Source of the DNA: Candidatus Cloacimonadales bacterium
Lineage (GTDB): Bacteria > Cloacimonadota > Cloacimonadia > Cloacimonadales > JAIOQZ01
Direction: 5' to 3'
Assembly (NCBI GenBank): GCA_963674825.1
Contig: OY771587.1
Coordinates: forward strand, 544,001 to 608,000
DNA length: 64,000 bases
Below are positions 10,169-18,852 of the stretch, in pieces; the first letter of the stretch is position 1, and every line of letters begins with the position of its first letter. Both the position numbers and the translations under genes were made by a program. Under the pieces are notes generated by a model. That model saw only the letters and a list, made by a program, of their open reading frames with translations, was not told the DNA's origin and made no database searches.

Positions 10169-11538
10169 GAAAAAACATATTAGTCGTCGATGATGAAGTC
10201 CTGATCCGGGAATTCATCCTGAATTTCTTCGAGAGCACTGACGAGTTTTCGGAGTGCCGTGTCGATCTCGCGGTAAATGGCGAAGAAGCCATTGCGCGAA
10301 TTCGCGAAAAGACCTACGACCTGATCTTTACCGACCTCAAGATGCCGGGCAAAAGCGGTCTGGACGTGATCAAGTTCGCGTCAGAGGTCTCCCCCACGAC
10401 CGACACTGTGCTGCTGACAGCCTATGCCGGTGGCGAAAGCGCAGCCAAGGCAATGGCGTATGGTGCATACGAATACATTACCAAGCCCGTCTCGATTGAC
10501 GAGCTGGAGATGATCGTACGGCATATCCTCGAGCGGCAGCAACTCATCATGGAAAACCGCGACCTCAAAGATCAGCTTAGGCAGAAAATAAACTACCCAA
10601 ACATCATTGGCAAAAGTAAGAAACTTGCTGAGATCATGGAAGTGGTGAAGATGGTAGCACCCACCAATTCGACGATTCTCATCACCGGCGAGAGCGGAAC
10701 AGGTAAGGAGCTTATCGCGCAGGCGATCCATGACCTTAGTCCGCGCAAAGACTTTAATTTCGTTCGCATCAACTGCGCCGCGATCCCCGAGCAGCTAATC
10801 GAAAGCGAGCTCTTCGGGTTCGAAAAAGGTTCCTTTACCGGCGCGATTAAACGCACTCGCGGTAAATTCGAGATGGCGCATCAGGGATCCATACTGCTGG
10901 ACGAAATCAGCGAGATGAACCTCGACCTGCAAGCCAAGCTGCTTCGCGTGATCCAGGAAAAAGAACTCACCCGCATCGGTAGTGAAACTCCAGTGAAGGT
11001 CAATACACGTGTTGTTGCAACTTCTAACCGCGACCTCTCGACCGAGGTGGAAAAGGGAAGATTCCGCGAAGACCTCTTCTTCCGCCTCAACATCGTACCC
11101 ATCCATCTTCCACCGCTCCGTGAAAGACCGGAGGACGTTCCGCTTCTGGCAGAGCACTTCATCAAGAAACTCTGCTTCGAACACGGCCTGGCCAAGAAAG
11201 TTGTAACACCTGAAGTAACCGAACTATTGGTCAGCTACCACTGGCCCGGCAACATCCGCGAACTGCAAAACGCCATCGAACGGGCGATTATCACAAACCC
11301 GGGCGACATCCTTGATCTCAAGGCTTTCCATTTCATGCACAAGAAAGTGGATCTACCGGTTGCTCAGGCTCCTTCTTCTACGCTCGACGGAAAGTCGATG
11401 GCTGAAGTGGAAAGAATCCTGATTTACAACACACTCGAAAAGACGAACAATAACCGCACTGAAGCCGCCGCTATCCTCGGTATTACGACACGTACGCTGC
11501 GCAACAAGCTGCATCAGTACGCTCAGGAAGACGAATAA
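10165..11538 (+). CDS. Sigma54-dependent NtrC-family response regulator (FleR/FlgR-like)
   Basis: Receiver domain, Walker A GESGTGKE, ESELFGFEKGSFTGA, LLDEI, WPGNIREL and a Fis HTH. Confidence 0.95.
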   Translation: MRKNILVVDDEVLIREFILNFFESTDEFSECRVDLAVNGEEAIARIREKTYDLIFTDLKMPGKSGLDVIKFASEVSPTTDTVLLTAYAGGESAAKAMAYGAYEYITKPVSIDELEMIVRHILERQQLIMENRDLKDQLRQKINYPNIIGKSKKLAEIMEVVKMVAPTNSTILITGESGTGKELIAQAIHDLSPRKDFNFVRINCAAIPEQLIESELFGFEKGSFTGAIKRTRGKFEMAHQGSILLDEISEMNLDLQAKLLRVIQEKELTRIGSETPVKVNTRVVATSNRDLSTEVEKGRFREDLFFRLNIVPIHLPPLRERPEDVPLLAEHFIKKLCFEHGLAKKVVTPEVTELLVSYHWPGNIRELQNAIERAIITNPGDILDLKAFHFMHKKVDLPVAQAPSSTLDGKSMAEVERILIYNTLEKTNNNRTEAAAILGITTRTLRNKLHQYAQEDE

Positions 11539-11546
11539 CACCGAAG

Positions 11547-12476
11547 ATGAACTTCGCACTCGTAACGTCTGAAAACCAGCTTCCAATAGCTGGGACTCCC
11601 TTTTCCAATACGTCATTACTACGTGCATTCGCCAAAGCAAGCCAATCGGAGCTGTCCTTTGTCTCTGCCACCAGCGAGACACGCTGTGAAGCATGGATAC
11701 CGGTTTTTATCAAGAAAAAGGCTGGAATGCCCATGGCCATCCACCCACAGCTTCTGCCATACGTTCCGGTGGTATTCCACCCTGAAGTAACCTTCAGCCA
11801 GGCACACTTGCAGGAGATTTTCGAGGATTTTGCAAAGATTCTCACCCTATACAGTAAGCGACTCCTGATTAACCTCGCCACCGATTTCCAGGATATCCGT
11901 GGATTTCAATGGAAAGGTATCAAGGCAACGCCGCGATACACCTATATCCTTCCGTTAAATGACGATATCAAATATCAACGCCTGAAATATCGCGACATCA
12001 AAAAAGCCGGCAAACTCAATCCCACTGTGCGGGAAGAATTCGATTTCGAGCTTTTTCTGAAGCTGAAAAAAGAAACCTACGAACTTCAGACGAAGCGTTT
12101 TCCGTATGATGACGTTACGCATATGGAGCTTCTGAAAAGCCTTGCAGAAACGGGATGCTTGAAGCAGTACATCCTGCGCGTCGAGCAGGAAGATGTTTCG
12201 ACCCAACTGATTCTGGAAGGCGACAGAAAGATCTATACATGGCAAGGGTTTACCAGGAGGGATTTCCTGCGGGAAGGCATCACGACATGGTTCAACGATT
12301 ACCTCATACGGACATTCCGCAATACGCATGATTCGTTTGATTTCTGTGGTGCGAACATTCCCGAGATCGCAAAATACAAGAGCGGATTCGGCGGCACGCT
12401 GACCGCGTATTACCAATTACAGTGGACCGCTTCACCGTTGCTTGAACTGGGCAGCCGAATTGTGAAACGGATCTGA
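11547..12476 (+). CDS. GNAT/FemAB-like acyltransferase of glycan loci
   Basis: PRYTYILPL and FDFCGANIPEIAKYKSGFGG; lies in a glycosyltransferase cluster. Confidence 0.7.
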   Translation: MNFALVTSENQLPIAGTPFSNTSLLRAFAKASQSELSFVSATSETRCEAWIPVFIKKKAGMPMAIHPQLLPYVPVVFHPEVTFSQAHLQEIFEDFAKILTLYSKRLLINLATDFQDIRGFQWKGIKATPRYTYILPLNDDIKYQRLKYRDIKKAGKLNPTVREEFDFELFLKLKKETYELQTKRFPYDDVTHMELLKSLAETGCLKQYILRVEQEDVSTQLILEGDRKIYTWQGFTRRDFLREGITTWFNDYLIRTFRNTHDSFDFCGANIPEIAKYKSGFGGTLTAYYQLQWTASPLLELGSRIVKRI

Positions 12477-12502
12477 TCTGAAAAAATGAGAGCTGAAACA
12501 CC

Positions 12503-14251
12503 ATGATTTCCATATTTATCGACAACAAACTGGACGCGTATCAGCGCGAAATACGCTATACGTTCGATTTTATATTCAAGACGCTGGGCTACAACTACAA
12601 ATACATCCGAAAAAGCAGCGAAGCCGGCGAGCAGGACATTATCTTCGCATACGCCCTCACACAGCCGACAGACGAAGAGCTTCTCATGCTGGGCGATGAT
12701 CGGGTAATCTTCTATTCGCCGGTTGAAGTCGATCTTTACGAGCCGGGCAAGCTCGACAAAGACACCATTACTAACATGCTACGGGAAATCGCGTTTGAAA
12801 AGAAACCAATTCCCGTACTGGCATCGAATAATCTCACCCGCCCCATGACCTTCAATGTCACGGAGATGCACTTCATCGGCAGATTCCTGTTCGACGTGAT
12901 CGGCAATGTTTATTTCAATCTCTCCCACTCCGGCGCACAAAATAGCTCGCGCAAGGATCAATTCAGCAGGGTCAAAGACGACGCCTATCCTTTCACATCC
13001 TACTCCAGCTTCCCCTACATCAATATGTTCCTATGGCTGATCGACAGCACCATTCATCACGCAATAGAAAGTCATCGCGGTTACATTCTGCGCAAGGCTA
13101 TCTGGCCACATGGAGAGGAAGCCGCCGCGACACTCACTTTCACCGTGAACAGCCTGCAAAAATGGACGTTTTCGCGGTTTGTGACGTCCTTTCTCGAGGA
13201 CTTCCTGCTCTTTATCACGTTCAAGTGGAATATCTGGCTTCGAAGTTTCACCAGCAAGTTCAGATACCTCTTCACAAACGAAGAGCAATATTGGAACTTC
13301 GATCTGATTACCGATATTCTAAATGAACACAAGCTCAAATCTACCTTCTTCCTCGCAGCGGAAAAGACCGGCAAGATAGGTGCGGACTACACCATTGACG
13401 ACGACGACCTGCACGAAGTGGTCAAAGCACTCTTGGAGCGTGGTCACGACGTAGGCCTGCTCGGTTCCTTCGAACAATACAAGAGCGAAAGCATGAAAGA
13501 CCATAAAGATATGCTGCGCAACACCTTCGATATTCGTGACATTGGAATCAGGCAGGACAAGTACCGCTGGGATGCGCAAGTTACTCCTGAGCTGCACAAT
13601 AAGATGAACATGCTCTACGATTCCACCATCACGTTCAACGAGCGTAACGGCTTCAAGAACGGAATAGCATACCCATACTACCCGTTTGCCAAGAAACTCG
13701 CTGCCAAGCGGCATTTCCAGTTCGTGGAGATGCAACCGGCGTTCTGCGACGAACATCTGCGGCTTTCCAGGCATCGTTCCCTCTCGCTCGACAAATCGCA
13801 ACTGGTCGTGAGAAAGCTTATCAGCGCGGTTACAGGCGTTAATGGCCACATCGTGCTCGACTATAATATCTCCAATTTCTACGATATCCCGCATAACGAC
13901 AAGCTCCTTACCTACACCATCGATCTCCTGACGCAAGGCAAGATTTATATCGCGACACTGCAGGAGGTTGCGCAATGGTGGAATAAGCGCGAGCGGATAC
14001 AGATTTATGAGAACCCGAACGAGATCATGATCTACGTTCAAGACAAGATTAAGGAATTCACCGTCGAGCTCCTGGGCAAGATGAAGATCCTCGCCATCGA
14101 TGGCGCTGATTACAGCCACAAGGGCAATCACATAAGATTCAAGGACGTTAAGCCCGGATCAACGCTCACGATCAGGCTGGATCCGGTGCTGACGGGACGC
14201 AGATTTGCCAACGATGAGGATGACGCGGAAACGGACAATGAGACAACATAA
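12503..14251 (+). CDS. Polysaccharide deacetylase-like protein
   Basis: W.HG....LTF, KSTFFL, GHDVGL, YDST.....GFKNGIAYPY and ATLQEVAQWWNKR. Confidence 0.72.
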   Translation: MISIFIDNKLDAYQREIRYTFDFIFKTLGYNYKYIRKSSEAGEQDIIFAYALTQPTDEELLMLGDDRVIFYSPVEVDLYEPGKLDKDTITNMLREIAFEKKPIPVLASNNLTRPMTFNVTEMHFIGRFLFDVIGNVYFNLSHSGAQNSSRKDQFSRVKDDAYPFTSYSSFPYINMFLWLIDSTIHHAIESHRGYILRKAIWPHGEEAAATLTFTVNSLQKWTFSRFVTSFLEDFLLFITFKWNIWLRSFTSKFRYLFTNEEQYWNFDLITDILNEHKLKSTFFLAAEKTGKIGADYTIDDDDLHEVVKALLERGHDVGLLGSFEQYKSESMKDHKDMLRNTFDIRDIGIRQDKYRWDAQVTPELHNKMNMLYDSTITFNERNGFKNGIAYPYYPFAKKLAAKRHFQFVEMQPAFCDEHLRLSRHRSLSLDKSQLVVRKLISAVTGVNGHIVLDYNISNFYDIPHNDKLLTYTIDLLTQGKIYIATLQEVAQWWNKRERIQIYENPNEIMIYVQDKIKEFTVELLGKMKILAIDGADYSHKGNHIRFKDVKPGSTLTIRLDPVLTGRRFANDEDDAETDNETT

Positions 14252-16607
14252 ACGGATCGTACTACTGACAATCGCTCACCGCGGTGACGATGTCCGGCTC
14301 TACCACAAGCTCGGGCTCTCGCTTGCAAAGCGATATGAGGTGATCATTCTCACGCCCGTCAAGACCGAGCCGATCCCTGACTCTGAAATCCGCGTAATCA
14401 ATTTCCACCCAAAAAACCGCATCAATCTGCTCTACGGTCTGTACCGGCATGCATGCAAGCTCAATCCCGATATCGTGATGTGCATCGAACCGCAAACGAT
14501 GCTACCGGCGCTATTTATTCGAAAATACCGTAAATCATCAATTATTTACGATTGCCACGAGTTTTACAGCGATAGTTTCAGCGAGCGTTTCCCAAGACCG
14601 CTACAACGACTCGCCAAGGGCTTTTACGAGGACCTTGAAAACTTGCTTGCCCGTCGCATGGACGGTATTATCGCGGTCAATGATGTCATCGAAAAGCGCT
14701 TCCGCAAGTTCACCGAAAATATCGCCGTATGCCCGAATTACCTCATGCCTCGCGAAGACCCGGGATCTCCCGACACCGAAAAAAACTTCGATCTGGTTTA
14801 CGCCGGTGGAATGCTGGCCGAAAAAGGCATCATCGTCATTCTGGAAGCCGTAGCAATGCTCAAGGAAAGCTTTCCCGGCATTAGAGCGCTGTTTCTGGGC
14901 AAGTTTTACTGTGAAGAGACTCGCCATCACTTCTTTTCTACTATTGACCGACTCGGGATTGCCGATAACATCCACTTCGGTGGTCAGGTTTCACACGTAG
15001 AGGCGACTAAAGCCATCCAGACAGCCCGTATCGGCGTTGTCATGATGGATCCGCGCATGGAACGCTACTGGAACTCCCTGCCGCTAAAATTCATGGAATT
15101 CCTGCACGCTGGCCTCCCCGTGCTGGCGCAGGACATGCCCATCATGCGCAGCATCGTGGAAGAACATCACGTTGGTGAGACCGTTTCGTTCAACACCGAA
15201 TCGGTCGTGAAGGCAGCAACCAGGCTGCTCAGCCTCGATCGTGAAGAATACAGCAAGATGTGCGCAAGGGCCATGGCAATAGCGCATACGACATTTACCT
15301 GGAACCGGATCGAACCGCATCTTCTCGAACTGGCCGATTCCGTTTTAGCAAAACGCCTCCTCATGTTCGCATATTTTTATCCGCCGCTGGGAGCATCCGG
15401 CGTGCAACGTCCCTGCAAGATGGTGAATTATCTCAAGCAGGCCGGTGTTCAGACCGATGTTATATCTGTGAAAGGCATTGTATTCCATTCATACGACCAC
15501 AAAATGCTGGGCGAGTGCGGTCACCACAGGCTGATCCGTACGCCTTCACTCGACCCCATGTCAATCCTGAAGCGGCTTCTACCGGCACGCAAGAGCAACC
15601 ATGTATATTTCCAGACAGCCGAATGGAAGAAGCGGTTGATACGTGGGATCATGCCCATCGACGACAAGATCGGCTGGCTTCCGTTCGCCCTTCTTGCTGC
15701 ACTACGCATCAGGCCGCGACCGTCAGTCGTGATGGCAACTACCGGCCCCTTTACCGGTGGATTCGCCGCGCTACTCTACAGCTATCTAGCCGGCGTTCCT
15801 ATGGCACTCGACTACCGTGATTCCTATACAGATCACCCTTATATCGGATTCCTGACGCCACTACATCGCTGGCTTGCGCAGGCTGTCGAGCGGTGCGCAC
15901 TCAAGCGTTCGTTCCTGGTCTCCACCGCTGCAGAAGACATGAAAGACAAGCTCGTAGCCAGATATGGCGAATGGCTGCGCCCGAAGACCGTGAACATGTA
16001 CAACGGATGGGATGCCCGGGATTTCGATAGAGAGTTTCCCGCAAAGCCAGATGACAGCAAGATTCGGTTCAACTACCTGGGCAATTTCTACGGCTTGCAG
16101 AAGGTCGACTATTTTATTCGCGCACTGATCGAGCTCAAACAGGAAGGAAAACTGCCGGACGACGTTGTGTTCACCTTCACCGGTAACTATTTCGCCGAGA
16201 CATTGAGAGCGCTGCAAAGCCCCGAACTGGTAGATATGATTAGCATCCACGAACAGGTAGAACATGATAAAGCTATCGACAACATGATGCAGGCAGACGC
16301 ACTGCTGCTGTTCGTCGCCACCCCGAAGGGTAAAGGCGTTCTGACCGGAAAGGTTTTCGAATACCTGCGCTGCGATAAAGAGATCCTGGCGATGGTACCG
16401 CCCGACGGAGAAGTGGCAGATATCCTGCGCGATTGCGGATACGAAGATATTTGCGCAATGGAAGATATTGCCTCGATCAAGCAGAATTTTCTGGACATCT
16501 ACTACCGTTTGAAGCATGGAAAACAGATAGAGCATCGAAATATCGATCAATATTCACGTGAAAGTCAGGTACGAAACTGGATCGAGTTATTGAGAAAGCG
16601 GGTTTGA
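14238..16607 (+). CDS. Tandem fusion of two GT4 glycosyltransferases
   Basis: Module 1: DDVRLYHK, YDCHE and PLKFMEF..AGLPV. Module 2: AYFYPPLGASGVQR, NGWD and TGKVFEYL. Confidence 0.85.
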   Translation: MRQHKRIVLLTIAHRGDDVRLYHKLGLSLAKRYEVIILTPVKTEPIPDSEIRVINFHPKNRINLLYGLYRHACKLNPDIVMCIEPQTMLPALFIRKYRKSSIIYDCHEFYSDSFSERFPRPLQRLAKGFYEDLENLLARRMDGIIAVNDVIEKRFRKFTENIAVCPNYLMPREDPGSPDTEKNFDLVYAGGMLAEKGIIVILEAVAMLKESFPGIRALFLGKFYCEETRHHFFSTIDRLGIADNIHFGGQVSHVEATKAIQTARIGVVMMDPRMERYWNSLPLKFMEFLHAGLPVLAQDMPIMRSIVEEHHVGETVSFNTESVVKAATRLLSLDREEYSKMCARAMAIAHTTFTWNRIEPHLLELADSVLAKRLLMFAYFYPPLGASGVQRPCKMVNYLKQAGVQTDVISVKGIVFHSYDHKMLGECGHHRLIRTPSLDPMSILKRLLPARKSNHVYFQTAEWKKRLIRGIMPIDDKIGWLPFALLAALRIRPRPSVVMATTGPFTGGFAALLYSYLAGVPMALDYRDSYTDHPYIGFLTPLHRWLAQAVERCALKRSFLVSTAAEDMKDKLVARYGEWLRPKTVNMYNGWDARDFDREFPAKPDDSKIRFNYLGNFYGLQKVDYFIRALIELKQEGKLPDDVVFTFTGNYFAETLRALQSPELVDMISIHEQVEHDKAIDNMMQADALLLFVATPKGKGVLTGKVFEYLRCDKEILAMVPPDGEVADILRDCGYEDICAMEDIASIKQNFLDIYYRLKHGKQIEHRNIDQYSRESQVRNWIELLRKRV

Positions 16608-17719
16608 TTTTGAAACAGAAGAAGAAGATCATTCACATTGTTCAATTGCAGCTCCTGTACGGCTCGCAGCGAGTCGCGCTGGATATCTGCAACAATCTCA
16701 ATCGTGACGATTATGAGATATGGATCGCTTGCGCACCATCGGAAGATAAGGGAAACGCTTTTACGCAAGAAGTAGCGCGTCTCAAGCTCAATAAACGGAT
16801 CATTCCGCACTTTCGCCGTTCGCTCGGACCGTGGGATGTGCTGGCGTTCTTCGAGCTGTATGGATTCTTTCGGAAGCACAAATTCGATATCGTCCATACA
16901 CACGGCTCCAAGAGCGGCGTTCTGGGACGCCTTGCTGCCAGGCTGGCAGGTGTAAAGCGAGTCGTCCACACCGTCCATGGAGTACCCTACCACGATCAAC
17001 TGCCGAAGGCCGTACAGGCTTGTTTCCGCACAGCAGAGTGGTTCGCAGGGCTTTTCTGCGATAGCGTAGTATTCGTCAGTGACAACCAGCGCTGCGACGC
17101 AATCCAGCGCAAGGTCGTTCCAACAAATAAAGCCATAACCATCTACAACGGTGTCGAAGAGATCGCAAGGCGTTCTCGAGATTACACAGGAAACGAGCTC
17201 TTGATCGGCTCCGTTGGACGCTTCTGGGATCAGAAGAACTACCCCGTAACCATCAAGGCAGCTATCGAAGCCTGCAAACGAAACCCAGCACTTCGGTTCG
17301 CTTTCCTGGGCGACGGTGAGTACTACGAATCGTGTTTGGGGATGGTCAGAGAGCATGGCATGCAAGACAGAATCGAGCTCCCCGGCTGGCAGGATAATGT
17401 CCACCAGTGGCTGGAACGCTTCGATGTGTTTCTTCTCTATTCGCTTTGGGAAGGGCTTCCTGTTGCGATCTTGGAAGCAATGAACGCCGGCCTTCCGGTG
17501 ATCGCCTCTGACATTGACGGCAATAATGAGCTCGTGGACGAGAGCAATGGCTATCTGATTGATGTGACCCAACCGGAAATTCTCATCGAGCGCTTGACAG
17601 GTTTGACGGATAATCGTGAATTACTCAAGAAAATGAGTGACGCATCTGTGCGTAGAATACAGGAGTGTTTTCTGCTGAAGCGCATGACGGAGGAGTATCT
17701 GAAAGTCTATGATGCCTAA
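16604..17719 (+). CDS. GT4 glycosyltransferase
   Basis: HTHGSKSG, HTVHG, IYNGV and SLWEGLPVAILEAM.AGLPVIA. Confidence 0.92.
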   Translation: MILKQKKKIIHIVQLQLLYGSQRVALDICNNLNRDDYEIWIACAPSEDKGNAFTQEVARLKLNKRIIPHFRRSLGPWDVLAFFELYGFFRKHKFDIVHTHGSKSGVLGRLAARLAGVKRVVHTVHGVPYHDQLPKAVQACFRTAEWFAGLFCDSVVFVSDNQRCDAIQRKVVPTNKAITIYNGVEEIARRSRDYTGNELLIGSVGRFWDQKNYPVTIKAAIEACKRNPALRFAFLGDGEYYESCLGMVREHGMQDRIELPGWQDNVHQWLERFDVFLLYSLWEGLPVAILEAMNAGLPVIASDIDGNNELVDESNGYLIDVTQPEILIERLTGLTDNRELLKKMSDASVRRIQECFLLKRMTEEYLKVYDA

Positions 17720-18839
17720 AGTATTACTGGGCGCGGGTCTACTGATCAGCGGATTTCTGATGACGTTGCTGCTAACGCCGCTTTTTATAAGGCTCGCAGG
17801 AACGTTGCGCTTGATCGATCAGCCCAACGAAAAGAGTGTCCATCAGAAGGGAACGCCCACTGGTGGCGGACTCGCCTTTGGCATTCCAGCGATCCTACTG
17901 CAATTGGCCGTCTATCGCTACACACAGAATCCTGAAATCCTCACACTGACACTTTGTAGCCTCGGTATCCTGTTAACTGGATACATCGACGACCGCTGGA
18001 AACTGAAGCCTTTCCAGAAGCTCGCATTCCAGGTCGTGATTATTACCGTAGCATATTTTATGGGATTCCGCACCGAAAGCCTAACCAATCCGTTTGTCGG
18101 GCCAATCTCGCTGGGTATCTTCACCTATCCGCTTACGCTTCTATGGTTCTTGTTGGTGATGAACGCAGTCAATCTTATCGACGGCATCGACGGTGCAGCA
18201 GCCGGTATCGCAGCGATTGTATCGATTACCCTTTTCGCGATCGGACTGCATTACCGAAATCTGCTTGTGGTGTACCTTCTCCTTATCATTATCGGAACCA
18301 GTCTGGCGTTTTTGCGCTACAATTTTCATCCAGCTCGGCTCTTCATGGGCGATACAGGAAGCCTCTTCCTGGGGTTCAATCTGGCGGCAATCTCGATGAT
18401 GGGTGTCGGCCCGGCCAAGGGCGTCACGGCTATGACCATGATCATACCGATCGTTGTACTCTTCATTCCGCTTTTCGATACCATGCTGGCTATTGCGAGA
18501 CGGCTGAGACGAACCACCAACATTTTTACAGGTGACCGTGATCATCTGCACCACAAGTTGCTCGAATTCGGATTCTCGCAGCGCACTGTTGCGGTGATCA
18601 TCTACTTCATCACAGTGCTTTTCGGGCTGATCGCCATTGGATTCTCGCTTGCTACTGATCGCGTGATGAATCTACTGCTGATGGTGCTGACACTTTTTCT
18701 CATGTTTATCTTCTACTACCTGATCAGAACTGTAAAAAAGGTAACAATCAAATTCCGAGACAGAAAAAATCCTGAAGAATTGAAGGAAAATACTGGAACT
18801 AAATCGGATGTTCGTACGTTAATAGATAAAAAAACATAA
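17709..18839 (+). CDS. WecA/TagO-like polyprenyl-phosphate HexNAc-1-P transferase
   Basis: PTGGGLA, GYIDD, NAVNLIDGIDG, FMGDTGS and DRDHLHH; multiple TM segments. Confidence 0.92.
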   Translation: MMPKVLLGAGLLISGFLMTLLLTPLFIRLAGTLRLIDQPNEKSVHQKGTPTGGGLAFGIPAILLQLAVYRYTQNPEILTLTLCSLGILLTGYIDDRWKLKPFQKLAFQVVIITVAYFMGFRTESLTNPFVGPISLGIFTYPLTLLWFLLVMNAVNLIDGIDGAAAGIAAIVSITLFAIGLHYRNLLVVYLLLIIIGTSLAFLRYNFHPARLFMGDTGSLFLGFNLAAISMMGVGPAKGVTAMTMIIPIVVLFIPLFDTMLAIARRLRRTTNIFTGDRDHLHHKLLEFGFSQRTVAVIIYFITVLFGLIAIGFSLATDRVMNLLLMVLTLFLMFIFYYLIRTVKKVTIKFRDRKNPEELKENTGTKSDVRTLIDKKT

Positions 18840-18852
18840 AATGGAGCCGACT

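Noticed and set aside
4944..12500. Sigma54 -24/-12 promoter near the NtrC-type gene
   Set aside because: No convincing TGGCAC-N5-TTGC was seen in the intergenic gaps.
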